From contig JARFYF010000050.1 of the NCBI GenBank assembly GCA_030265395.1, forward strand, positions 19,632,403 through 19,696,402: a stretch of DNA of 64,000 nucleotides, in the 5' to 3' direction. This document shows, one piece after another, positions 24,126 to 36,225 of this stretch (position 1 is the first letter of the stretch; each line of letters opens with the position of its first letter). The position numbers were made by a program, and so were the translations under genes. The notes under the pieces are model-generated. The model saw only the letters and a program-made list of their open reading frames with translations, did no database searches and was not told where the DNA came from. This stretch comes from Rhina ancylostomus (taxonomy: Eukaryota).

Positions 24126-25139
24126 AAATAATCAATGTTGCTGTAATAAAGTGAAACATGAAATAAACTATTAAAATCTGGAACTGTTATTTGTAGGCAC
24201 AGCAGCACAAATATATGTTTTCTGAAGCACTGTAGTGCACATTTCTGACTGATTTTTCATTTATTTCAATTGGGATAATTGCATAACCCTTTGAATTGCA
24301 TGTTTCTAGTCACAATATTATCCTGTACATGTCCTAATATTTTTATTAATTATTTTATTCCCAAGTAGCAGTTTTGGTCTCAAGGCCCTGCAGCATTATG
24401 CAAAATTGTACCAATAAAAAAATGTAATAGATTTAAGGAAGAACTGGCTACATTGATTAACATACTGCAGTATGTTTGAATTACATGAAAAAAAAACTTC
24501 CCATTTTTTCTTAATCATTAAGTCATTAAACCTTATTAAAATGTTCATCTTCTGACACATTTGGAAAAAATCTCAAACAACAACTTCTTGTAAACTCACT
24601 TAGCTGTAATTTGGCACTGCATCGCAGAGTCCTTGGTTTCTCTTTATTGGTGCAGTCATACTGCAAACCTTGCAATGCTGTGATCTGATTTCCTGGCCAG
24701 ACTGGAAATCCAGCATTATAAATGTAGCAGAACTCTGATTTGCTGGGCACTTTTAAATCATTTTCAATGCCATCTGGAGGAGCTTGTCTCATGCCACCTA
24801 GGTATATCACAAGATGTATTTAGAAGTCAACAGATAACAATGAGCCTGCATAAACCTCAGCAAGACCTCAATTTAAATAATGTGCACAGAATTGGATTCT
24901 AATCTAAAGTAGGGTCCTCAGGAAGAATACAACACAAATTCACTGGGATGCTTGCTGATCCTAAGAAACAACAAAAAAGAAAATTGTGTGTCTTCTTTAG
25001 AACACAACAGATTACAGAGGCAATATTTAGGTATATTCAAACACATAGAAAGATGAAATGGAGGTACAGGAGCAAAAGGGACAGAATGGCAGGGTGTTTA
25101 ATTTTCTGCACTCATATATTCATCATCTTGGACTATTTG

Positions 25140-25400
25140 ATCTGTGAATGAGTTCAGATCCAACCACAAGAGGAATTTCAAATCAAGTAATCAGGTAAAT
25201 CAGGAATAAAAAGTTAGTATCAGTAATGGTAGCTATGAAACTATGGGAGTACCATAAAAATCCATCTGGTTCACTAATGTCCTTCAGGGAAGGAACTCTG
25301 CCTGGTCTGGACTGCCTGTGACTCTTAACTCTCCTCTGAAATGGCTGAGTAAGCCACTCCATTTAGAGCAATTGGATAAGGGTGATAAATGTAACTTTGA
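25140..25400 (+). mobile_element. tRNA-derived SINE (same family as 1412 and 28285)
   Basis: GAGTTCAGATCC B-box remnant; TCACTAATGTCCTTCAGGGAAGGAA (25271-25295) is the exact reverse complement of 28432-28456. Confidence 0.75.
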
Positions 25401-25729
25401 TATGAACAAATAAGTAAAATAAGAGCAGGTTATTTCTATCAGTGAATGTTTTGAGAATAAAATGTCTGTGGTTAAAAAGGTGAAATACAAGAACCTTAGG
25501 AAAAAGTAATGGAACAGTCTCAGCAGAGAAGTGAGATTGTTAAATTAACTTCCAGGATTAGCAGGTGAGAATGACAAAAATCTCAAAATTAAAGAACAGA
25601 CTGGTAAAGCAGATGTAAGTATATGGAAGCTGGGTGGGTAAGTGCAACTTTGTTCATGAAAACAATAGGTGCTGACACAGAAATGTCAGGCTGTTTTCCC
25701 CATTGTAACTTCAATGTATATTTATTCAG

Positions 25730-26372
25730 CAAGTTCACTAGCTCCTCTACTTACTCAGGCAGCTAAAGAAATTTGGTTTGTCCCCTTTGACTCTCACCAA
25801 CGTTTACCAATGCACCATAGAAAGCATCCTATCTGGATGTATCACGGCTTGGCACAGCAAATACTCTGCCCAGGACCGCAAGAAACTGCAGAGAGTTGTG
25901 GACACAACCAGGTGCATGACGGACACCAGCCTCCCCTCCTTGGACTCTGTCTTTACCTCTCACTGTCTTGGTGAAGCAGCCGGCATAATCAAAGATCCCA
26001 CCCACCCAGGTCATTCTCTCTTCTCTCCTCTTCTATTAGGTAGAATATACAGGAGCCTGAGGGCATGTACCACCAGACTTAAGGACAGCTTTCACCCCAC
26101 TGTGATAAGACTTTTGGACGGTTCCCTTATACAATGAGATGGACTGTGACCTCACGATCTACCTTGTTGTGACCTTGCACCTTACTGCACTGCACTTTCT
26201 GTGTAGCTGTGACACTTTACTCTGTACTCTTATTGTTTTTACCTGTACTACATCCATGGACTCAGTACTGACTCAATGTAACTGCACTGTGTAATGAGTT
26301 GACCTGTACGATTGTAAGACAAATTTTTCAGTGTACCTCAGTACAAGTGACAATAATAAACCAATACCAATG
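25730..26372 (+). mobile_element. Rex1/Babar LINE, 5'-truncated 3' end
   Basis: ORF 25778-26137 LTNVYQCTIESILSGCITAW...QDRKKLQRVV...IIKDPTHPGHSLFSPL...RYRS-like...TTRLKDSF (Rex1-type RT C-terminal region); 3' UTR ending AATAAACCAATACCAAT. Confidence 0.9.
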
Positions 26373-27539
26373 CTATATAGAATTTATAGCGCAAAAAACT
26401 GGGACTTTGCCTCAGCAGATCTATGCCAGCTTCACACAAGCCTCCACCCATTCTGTTTGCTTTATTTCCCAACATGATTGCACCCTTTTCTTTCTTATAT
26501 AGTCATGATGACTATATAGTTCACCTCAAACACTCCTCAGCAGTGAATGCACATACTCATCATAAATAACTCTTTTCATAATTCTTTCCTGGATGTACTG
26601 GTGACTCTGTCCTATAGCTTTGGATTCTCACTGAAGCAGAAACATCTATGTTTGTCTGGAAAAACAAATGCAGGCCTTGCAAACAACACTTACATCCTGA
26701 GAAGAAATAAAAATCTTAACAAACACCTTCATAATCTTAAAGTGCTATATCAGGTCAGCAAGATTTAAACAGCCTGGCTCGTGTTACTTCTTACTCAGAG
26801 TTTCGACATCCATAAAAAAATCTTTTGACACTTTTGCCAGTGCTTCTAATTTTTGCAATATGGAGAGCACACATGTGCAGAAACATTTTAATCCAAATTA
26901 ATACCAATATAAAGCCAACACTTAAATATTGAAATGAACATTTTCTTTGTATTTGGAATTGAAATTTGATTCTTACTCTAGCAGAACCACTACTTAAAAT
27001 TTAGCACATTAATAGTGAGTTGTCAGAATGTAAAAATAAAACTTATTTTGTGCTTGAGTAACTGCATATATAACTGAGATTGTCCATTAAGGGAAATACT
27101 CGAATAGTCAAATCACCTCATTATTCTATTGGTGTGACAGATCACATTATTATTCATTCAAATTTCAAACACAATACTTCTACAATCAAGACATTCCCTA
27201 TTCAGTGAATATGCTTTTTGTTGTCAGGCATCTAACACCAGTGATTGCACCATATAATACTCAAGACTGTTGAGTTTAGTTTTTAAACCCTCTGTTAGTT
27301 TAGTACTATTCTTTCATCAATCTGCCTATGTCTTACAAGTCCTCATTATAACTTAAAACATGCCTATTGCTAAAATATCATCCCATGGGATTAAGGGAGG
27401 CAACTGCAACTAAATTTTAAATCATAAACTTGAAGTAAAAGTCAAATATTATGCAATCTAAAACTTTCCCCACTCTCCACATTCTGATTCTCTCATTAAT
27501 CCAAGATTATGCAGGGAACTACAGAACAGCCAATGCCTT

Positions 27540-28030
27540 CTCCTCAGTGACAAACCATCACATTTGACACTCTTGATTGGCACCGTCTAATTATATCAAT
27601 CACTAAATTTTACAGACTACAGGTTGATGAGACCATCCACGGGTTGCAGCCCATTCACCTTGACCCCAACTCCATTTCCATCTGACAATTTATTCACAAG
27701 TTTGTCCCTTAACCACTGGGTATTTCATCAAGACCCACGTTCTTAAGCCAATCCATCTGTCCCAATTTTCTTGTCACATAATTACTGATATTTTTTAATG
27801 TCTATCTTTTGTTGGGCTCTTTGCTTCATTTCAAGATGGCTATTGTGATACTTTCTCAAAAGTTTCACCAGTTCTCAATCCTCTCCTGTTACAATCCAAT
27901 CTCCAAAGTGCCTTTTCTCTCAACACAACTTATATGAATATCTTTGAACTTCAAAATGCCCTCTATCCTGTCCACAGCATTGAGTCTCACTGGCTGAAAT
28001 CATTTGCAATATTGTTTGTGACTATAGACC
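27540..28030 (+). mobile_element. Very old L2-like LINE remnant
   Basis: Pyrimidine-rich, with loose resemblance to L2 ORF2 C-terminal motifs (ELQNA...HWL). Confidence 0.3.
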
Positions 28031-28284
28031 AGTTCCTGCTTTGCCTACTCCTCTATTCCAAGTCTTCATGTTTTTTTTATTTCATGGAGGGACTTAGAAT
28101 TGACCAGCAACAGAAGCATTCATTGACAAAACCACTTATCTTTTTTAGCTCTCAAATGAAATTCCACATCTTCATAAGAACTCTGGCTGCCATTATAGTA
28201 ACTAAATAACCTAATCAGGAAACAATGTACAAAGTCAAAGAGTTGCGCTTCATCCAGACCATCAAGACTGGTTTCCTTTTTTAA

Positions 28285-28640
28285 AAAATGTGTTCCAGGG
28301 ACATGGGCATTGCTGTCAATACCGGCATGTGTTGTCCATCTTAATTGCCCCTGAATTAAGAGAATTAGGAGTTAACAACAGTGCTGGGTCTAGAGTTGTA
28401 TGTAAGCTAGACCAGGTAGGAGTAGAAGATTTCCTTCCCTGAAGGACATTAGTGAGCAAATCTCACAGTTCCCTGATCACGATTACTGAAACTAGATCTG
28501 TTTTAAGTTCTAGATTTAGTTAATCACTTGAATTTAAATTCCTCAACTCAATTACTTGAATTCCTTAAATTCCTGTCTCTGGATCAATGGTCCTGAACAC
28601 TGGCTGCCAGTCTAGTAACTTATTCACTATGCTGTTTTAC
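28285..28640 (-). mobile_element. tRNA-derived SINE (same family as 1412 and 25140)
   Basis: Shared 25-bp block with 25271; tail GGACATGGGCATTGCTG...GTCCATCTTAATTGCCCCTG. Confidence 0.75.
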
Positions 28641-28709
28641 CTCTTCATCACAACACTACTATGCTTCTACCTCAGCAACACATCTCTTCATCATTACATC
28701 CCCTCTTAT

Positions 28710-29785
28710 TGGAACATAGAACTGTACAGCACAGGAACAAAACCTTTGGCCCACAATAGAAAACTACCCCTTCTGCCTGCACAACGTCCATATCCCTCCA
28801 TTCTCTGCCCAATCATGTGCCTAAGAGCCTCTGAAACATCCCTATCATATTTGGCTCCACTACCATGCCTGGCAGTGCACTCTAGGCACCTACCAATCCA
28901 TGTAAAAAATGCCCCATACATCTCCTTTGAACTTACCCCCTCTCACCTTAAATGCATGCTCTCTAGTATAAGACATTTTGACCCTGGGACAAAGATACCG
29001 CCCATCTATCTATGCCTCTCATAAATTTCTATCAGATCTCCCCTCAGCCTCCCACTGCTCTAGAGAGAGAAACAAACAAGTTTGTCCAACCTCTCCTTAT
29101 AGCACCTGCCCTTTAATCCAGGCAGCATCCTGGGGAATCTCTTCTGCACCCTCTCCAAAGCCTCCACATCCTTCCTTTAATGGGGCAATCAGAACTGAAT
29201 GCAATACTTCAGATGCAGCCTAACTAGAGTTTTCTATAGCTGCAACGTAATTTCCTGACTCTTGCACTCAATGCCTCTACTAATAAAAGCAAGCATGCCA
29301 AATGCCTCCTTTACCACCCTATTAATCTGCGCAGCCACTTCCAGTGAACGAAAGACTCAGACCCCTATGTACGTCAGGTTTGTTAAGGGTCCTGCCATTA
29401 ACTGTGTACTGTTCGTTTATATTTAATCTCCAAAAGTGCATTGCCTCACACTTGGCCAGATTAAACTCCATTTGCTATTTCTCCGCCCATATTTGCAACT
29501 GATCTACATCCCGTTGTATCCTTTGGCAACCTACCACACTATCACAATGCCACCAATCTTTGTATTGTCTGTGAACTTACTAACCCACCCATTCACATTT
29601 TCATCCAAGTCATTTATATACATCATGAACAGCAGAGGTCCCAGTACAGATCCCTGCGGAACACCACTAGTCATAGACCTCCAGCTAGAATAAGTCGCAT
29701 CAACCACTATCCTCTGCCTTCTCTGGGCAAGCCAATTCTGAACCCAAATGGCCAAACCACCATAAATCCCATACACCTTGATCTT
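28710..29785 (-). mobile_element. CR1 LINE, 5'-truncated
   Basis: ORF 29531-29776 WVQNWLAQRRQRIVV...SGVPQGSVLGPLLFMMYINDLDEN...SKFTDNTKIGG (RT core); antisense tail at 28710-28760. Confidence 0.92.
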
Positions 29786-31475
29786 ATACTATATGAATCT
29801 TAAGCTTATACTAGCTCTGACTCGGTTGTTCCAATGCTCAGCTTTTACACCCTGCCCTTTTGAAGTTACATGACCCAAACCAAGCTGATTTCTTTGAACC
29901 CTGCCCTACACCCTTCCACTTCATCTCTGCCTGGCTGCTGAATTTCAAGTTCGGGTGCTATAGTCTATATATCCTTTTCTCCTAAATTCTAGTTTGTGTC
30001 CACTTCTCTTTAGATTCTGACCCACTTTGCATTTTTCTTTCTTAGTTTTATTTCTTGGCATTTTATCCTGGAATGTTTTACTTGAACCTCTCAATCATTC
30101 TCCCCTCTGGCTAACAGCACCACCAGTGAGTATTTTGTCAGTTTGCCACCTCTAATGAACTTTCCTCTGCTTTCTATGAACAGTGCTACTTAAATGCTGA
30201 TGCTGACAGACTTAAAACCGTCCACCATGAATTTGGATTTCCTACCAAGTATAGCTTGAAAATGCTTTACAACCAGAAATTGCCCGCAACTTGCAAGTGG
30301 TAAAAAAAGAGACAAATGCTTCAGTAGCATCAAAAACTACTTACAAATGTTTTAGTGTATGCTTGGTAATATGATAATTTGTCTTTAGACAAGAGTACAC
30401 TATTATTGGATTCTTCTTCAGATGTGAAAATCAGTGATAGGACTGTTTGCAATAAAATATTACTGCCCACAGGCAGTGGATGTATTAGGAAATTCCTTTC
30501 CACAGATGTATTACCATGTCAGAAGATGAATATAATCTGATTGTGCACATCTCTTCTAGCAATAACTGGTCCACATTCACTGAGAAGTGGATGATCCACA
30601 GAGATCTATTGGTACTAAGTAGCCAACAAACACTGACTCAGACAGCATGACTTTTCATCTGTGATTTGAATTACATACTTCACATGCCTATATCAGATTG
30701 ATGCATCAGTGCAAGAGGAAATTTCTGTGCTGCTAGGTATTGTTGTGAAATTATAACCCAGAAATTGGATCCATTGCACAATTCAAGCATAACATTTTGC
30801 ACAAATCAGATCAATATGCTCATTGTCACTTCCATATGGAATTCACCTTTGCACATCTAATATTTTCCGGCATTAGTTAACACAGCTATTGATATCAGAA
30901 GCTAAGCACTGCACGTGTCCTCCTTACTGACATAAATTGGAGCTGTTGGGTGCAATATACAACCTTTGTTGAAGGATCCCAAAAAACGAAGTATATTGCA
31001 CGGGGACAAGCAATGAGACCTCAATTAAAAAGTCTGCATTGAGGCATTAATGTCTTGCTCAATGCATCTGCCAGCCTTACTTTTCAAGCAACATCATTGC
31101 TTGCTTCATCACTGATGCAGCCTCTAACATTTGAGCCGCATGCTGTGGTCTCTGACCCTTTGATCATCCTGCACCTCCGTGGTGTGGAGCCACTCATGGC
31201 AGAGAATCAAATAGAATAGAAAATCACACCAGTCTATACACAGGGCACCACCTTGTCCCCATTCCCTGTGTGTTCCTTCACCTCCATGATGACCTTCTAT
31301 GCAACTGTTCTGTGCCTGCTGTGCACCTGATGCTCTTCCAGTGTGCAGCGCTTCAATGACATGGCAGCTGAGAGCTTTTCCAGCAGCTGATGGAAATTTC
31401 AATCTCCATTGATTCTGTGTGCAAATCAAGATCCCGCTGTTTTTGGTGCAACCTTGTTCAATATCACAATTTTTA

Positions 31476-33080
31476 GACCATAAGACACAGGAGCAGAATT
31501 AGGTCATTTGGCTCATTGAGTCTGCTCCACCATTCGATCATGACTGATTTATTTTTCCCTCTCGACCCCATTCTCCTGCCTTCTCCCCGTAACCTTTGAT
31601 GCCCTTACTAATCAAAATCCTATCAACCTCTGCTTTAAATATACTCAATAACTTGGCCTCCACAGCCGTCTGTGGCAATGAATTCCACAATTTCACCACC
31701 CTCTGGTGAAAAAAATTCCTCCTCATCTCTGTTCTAGAGGAACATCCTTCTATTCTGAGTCTGTGCCCTCTGGTCCTAGACTCTCCCACCACTGGAAACA
31801 TCCTCTCCACGTCCACTCTATCCAGGCCTTTCAAAATTTGGTAGGTTTCAATGAGGTCCCCTCTCATTTTCTAAACTCCAGCGAGTACAGGCCCAGAGCC
31901 ATCAAATTCTCCTCATATGTTAACCATTTCATTCCTGGGATCATTCTTGTAAACCTACTCTGGACCTTCTCCAATGCCAGCACATCATTCCCTAGATATG
32001 GGGCCCAAAACTGCTCACAATATTCCAAATGTGGTCTGACCAATGCTTTATAAAGCCTCAGCATTACATCCTTGCTTTTATATTCTAGTCCTCTCAAAAT
32101 GACTGCTAACATTGCATTTGCTTTCCTTCCTTACTGTCTCAACCTGCAGGTTAACTTTCAGGGAATTCTGTATCAGGATTCTCAAGTCCCTTTGTACCTC
32201 CAATTTCTGAATTCGCTCCCTGTTTAGAAACTAGTCTATGCCTTTATTCCTTCTACTAAAGTTGCATGACCATACACTTCCCTATGCTGTATTCCATCTG
32301 CCACTTCTTTGCCCATTCTCCCAACCTGTCCAAGTCCTTCTGCAGATTCCCTGCTACCTCAATATTACCTGCCCCTCCACCTACCTTTGTATCATCCACA
32401 AACTAGACCACAAAGCCATCAATTCTGTCACCCAGATCATTAACATATTACACAAAAAGTAGCAGACCCAACACCGAGCTCTGCGGAACTGCACTAGTCA
32501 CCGGCAGCCAACCAGGGAAAGGCCCCCTTTACTCCTATTCTTTGCCTTCTGCCAGTCAGCCAATCTTCTATCCATGCTAGTACCTTTCCTGTAATACCAC
32601 AGGCTCCTATCTTGCTTAGCAGCCTTATGTATGGAACCTTGTCAAAGGCCTTCTGAAAATCCAAGTAAACAACATCCACTGACTCTGTCTATCCCATCTG
32701 TTCTTCCTCAAAGAATTCCAACAGATTTGTCAGACAAGATCTCCCCCCTTAAGGGAACCATGCTGACTTTGGCCTATTTTATCTTGTGCTTCCAAGTACC
32801 CTGAAACCTCATCCTTGATAATGGATTCTAAAACCTTACCACCCACTGAAGTCAAGCTAACTGGACTTTAATTTCCTGTCTCTTCCCTCCCTCCTTAAAG
32901 AGTGGACCGACATTTGAGATTTTCCAGTCCTAGAGAACCATTCCTGTCTCTAGTGATTCTTGAAAGATTACTACTAATGTCTCAACAATCTCTTCAACTA
33001 CCTCCTTCAGAACTCTGGGGTGTAGTCCATCCAGTCCAGGTGACTCTTCCCACCTTCGGACCTTTCTCCTTAGTAATAGC
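31476..33080 (-). mobile_element. CR1 LINE, 5'-truncated, frameshifted RT
   Basis: ORFs 32494-32679 DVVYLDFQKAFDKVP, 31864-32112 LYKALVRPHLEYCEQFWAPY and 31538-31867 RGDLIETYQIL...FFHQRVVKLWNSLP; tail GACCATAAGACACAGGAGCAG. Confidence 0.95.
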
Positions 33081-33250
33081 AATGGGGCAACCAGAATTGA
33101 ATACAGTACTCCAGATGCTGCCTAACCAGAGTTTTATAAAGCTAAAACATAGCTTTCTGATTCTTGAACTCAGTGCCTTGACTAATAAAGGCAAGCATGC
33201 CATACACCTTTTTTACCACCCTATCAGCCTGCACAGCCACTTTCAAGGAT
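33081..33250 (-). mobile_element. CR1 fragment of a second subfamily fused to the preceding element
   Basis: Minus ORF KVAVQADRVVKKVYGMLAFISQGTEFK; this ORF2 segment is out of order relative to 31476-33080. Confidence 0.8.
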
Positions 33251-34029
33251 GTAAAGGGTTTGGGGACATCCAAAATACACTGCCCAAATGCAGGCCTCTC
33301 TTTTACTAGCAAGAAAACTTCTGCAAACAATATACTGGATCTACAGAGACACTGATCTGTAACCATTCCCCGGGGGCGGGGTGTAAATGGGACTCTCTTG
33401 TCTTCAGTCCATTTTAGTGTTGCTCCTTACACACAACTTAGATTGTGGAACCTCAAAGTTATGCTATGAAGCACTCAAGCTGATGGGCAGGTAATGTCCA
33501 GCTGTTCCATTGGTCCTGCCCCACACATCAGGTGACTGCACCACCCACCCATCTGCCCCATGGTCATGCCATCTACTAGGATAGGAAATAAATCAGAAAC
33601 GAGTACAAATGGCCCCCTCAGCAGTGAAAGCCAGTCCTGATCACATGGGGCAGAAGCAATAAGGTGGAATTAAGCAAGATAGAACAAAGTGAATAGGCAC
33701 AACATTTAAATAATCAAATTCAAAATAGTTAATATTTAAAATATATCATATAGCTTACTACTTTACCACATCTACTTCACTGACCTCCTTGTAACTGGAA
33801 GTATAACCTTAATGTCCATTTGCGTCACTAAAATAATTAGGATCACCAGTTTATCCAACTCATCAATAAATGTGGTGAATAGTCAAGCTCCCAGAGTCAA
33901 AAGGTTGTGCATTTTTGATTCTTAGATTTGGAAATGGATGCCATTGATGTGGGGCAGAATGGCTAAGAGGGAGGGAGTGGAATAATATTTATAGAACACC
34001 GCCCCCTGCTTAGTGTGTTCCATCCTGAG

Positions 34030-34372
34030 TTGTAGTCAGAGTAATACAGCACCAGCTCCTTCAGCCCAATTCATCCATGCCCACCATGGTGCCCACCAAA
34101 CTATTCCTATTTGCCTACATTTGACCCATACCCCACTAAATTCCTCCTATCCATGTATTTATCCAAATGTCTTTTGAATGTTGTTATTGTACCTGCCTCA
34201 ACCACTTCCTCTGGCAGCTTCCCAAACACTTTCTCCTTGGTAATAGCAATGGGGTGACCACCCTCGGCATTAAGTAGTTGCCCCTTTGGTCGCTTTTAAA
34301 TCTTGCACCTCTCACCTTAAACCTATGCCCTCTAGTTTTAAGTTCCCTTCCCTAGGAAAAAGAGTGAGAGAG
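34030..34372 (-). mobile_element. CR1 3' end
   Basis: GTCAGAGTAATACAGCAC...CCTTCAGCCCAATTCATCCATGCC...CTCACCTTAAACCTATGCCCTCTAGTTTT; same family as 46445-47240. Confidence 0.85.
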
Positions 34373-34740
34373 ATGGAGATCACTGCACATTACCAAACGC
34401 TTAAGAGACTCACGGCAATATTTAATTAGAACGACTTCAAATGTAGAGATAATGGGTTGATTTCTGCTGACTATAGGACTGGAAATATTGAGATAACATG
34501 CACTCAACCAGCAGCACAGTAGTCATGTCTCTCAGAATAAGCCAGCAATTGCACGGTTAACACTGCCCATTTCTTGGATAACAAGCATGCAGTCAGTTGT
34601 CAGGTTGTGACACAACGGAGCAATTACAGAGCAGTTCATAACAGAGCACATTAACACCAATTGTATCCATCATCTGAAGCTCAAATATACTGATGTTTTG
34701 AAACACCCAGATTTTCTCTTATGTATTCCTATGGATTTAA

Positions 34741-34815
34741 CCAGCCACTTCCTTTCTACACTGCTGCAAAGTTCAGCTAACTAACTTTGCAGCAGTGTGT
34801 GAAGTAAGTAGTTGG
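34741..34815. repeat. Inverted repeat / long hairpin
   Basis: Perfect 16-bp stem ACACTGCTGCAAAGTT (34758-34773) / AACTTTGCAGCAGTGT (34783-34798), 9-nt loop, extended ungapped for 17 more positions with 3 mismatches when G-U pairs are allowed. Confidence 0.9.
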
Positions 34816-34857
34816 TGGCAGCTAATTAGCTTGGTATCAGTCAGATCTCAGGGTCTG

Positions 34858-34949
34858 GCTCATGACTGCTACATTTCTCTCTCATCTCTGGTTCAATTCC
34901 AGCGCTCATGACTGCTACATTTCTCTCTCATCTCTGGTTCAATTCCAGC
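34858..34949 (+). repeat. Perfect 46-bp tandem duplication
   Basis: GCTCATGACTGCTACATTTCTCTCTCATCTCTGGTTCAATTCCAGC x2. Confidence 0.95.
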
Positions 34950-34999
34950 TAATGATCTTAGAGGGTGCTGGGGGAAAAAAAGTGAGGGAAAATTCCCAA

Positions 35000-35450
35000 C
35001 AACGTAGGAACAGGAGGCAATTTGGCCCTTTGAACCAGTTCTGGCATTCATTGAGAGAGTGGCTGATCTGTGACCTAGTCACACTTTCCTTCCTTTGCCC
35101 CATATCATTAATACCTCTGCTTAACAAAAATCTGTCAATTCAAGTTTAAAATGAATTGACCCAACATCATTTGCTATTTTACAGATGGAATTTCCAAGTT
35201 TCTCTCAGCCTTCATGTGTAGAAGTTCTGAAATTCATTCCTCAAAAGCCTGGCTCTGAAATTTGGACTCTATTCTCGTCCCAAACCACCTGACCAGTGGG
35301 AATAGTTTCTTTCAATGCATTGTCCAGCTCCTCTAAACATCTTTAAATCTTCAATCACATCACCCTTAATCTAAATCCCAAGGAATACAGCCCTTGTTTC
35401 TTGTAAACTCTACTTGTAATATAACCCCCCCCCCCCCAGAGTTCAGGTAA
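35000..35450 (-). mobile_element. Old CR1 3' end
   Basis: TAGGAACAGGAGGCAATTTGGCCCTTTGAACC antisense tail followed by CR1 3' body. Confidence 0.7.
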
Positions 35451-35502
35451 TCCACACTTGGATTGTCTCCAAGACAATCCACACTTCAATTGTCTCCAAG
35501 AC
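35449..35502 (+). repeat. 27-bp tandem duplication at a CR1/RTE junction
   Basis: AATCCACACTT(GG/CA)ATTGTCTCCAAGAC x2, two mismatches. Confidence 0.85.
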
Positions 35503-35504
35503 AA

Positions 35505-35860
35505 TTCTCTGCAAAATCCTCCAAATCCACTAGTGGGATAAAGGAACCAATGTCAGTGCCCTCCCCGAAGCCAACATCCCCAACACTGAGGCACTAATTA
35601 CACTCATTCCAGCTCCATTGTGGGCCAGACACTTCATTCACATGCCTGACACCAGATTCGTGACAAAAGTTCCGTACTCTGACCTCCAGAGTGGAGAGAA
35701 TCCTGCTGGTCAAAAGACAATGATTTTCTTATGAAAAATGCAACATCCTCACCAGCTCCTGGGAATCCCTAGCCCACATCCACTCAGAGTGGAGAAGCAG
35801 CACCTCATGTCCCACCTGGAAGAGTTGACAGTTCCCATATTGGCCTCATCTGAACCTACA
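35505..35860 (+). mobile_element. RTE (BovB-like) LINE 3' fragment
   Basis: Translates LCKILQIH*WDKGTNVSALPEANIPNTEALITL...HMPDTRF...KKCNILTSSWESLAH...CPT; same family as 42850-43135. Confidence 0.8.
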
Positions 35861-36138
35861 TAACAGGAATTGGATCAAATCATCCTCAGTCCTGGGGGAA
35901 TAAAAACATTGGGAGTCCAGTCAAGGGATTTAACTTAGTAAGAGTGCTGCCCATTAAGTCCCAGCAGACACATAACTAATTTCATTAACTTGTTGAATGT
36001 AAATGTGTTTGTGATTTTGTTGAAATAGTAAGCTGAGANNNNNNNNNNNNNNNNNNNNNNNNNNNNNNNNNNNNNNNNNNNNNNNNNNNNNNNNNNNNNN
36101 NNNNNNNNNNNNNNNNNNNNNNNNNNNNNNNNNNNNNN

Positions 36139-36225
36139 CCAATGCTTTATAAAGCCTCAGCATTACATCCTTGCTTTTATATTCTAGTCCTCTCAAAATG
36201 AATGCTAACATTGCCTTTGCTTTTT
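36139..36225 (-). mobile_element. CR1 fragment abutting an assembly gap
   Basis: Near-identical to 32040-32124 (MLAFILRGLEYKSKDVMLRLYKAL). Confidence 0.85.

Noticed and set aside
31706-33309. Plus-strand ORFs of 74-135 aa
   Set aside because: Antisense shadows of CR1 ORF2 on the minus strand.
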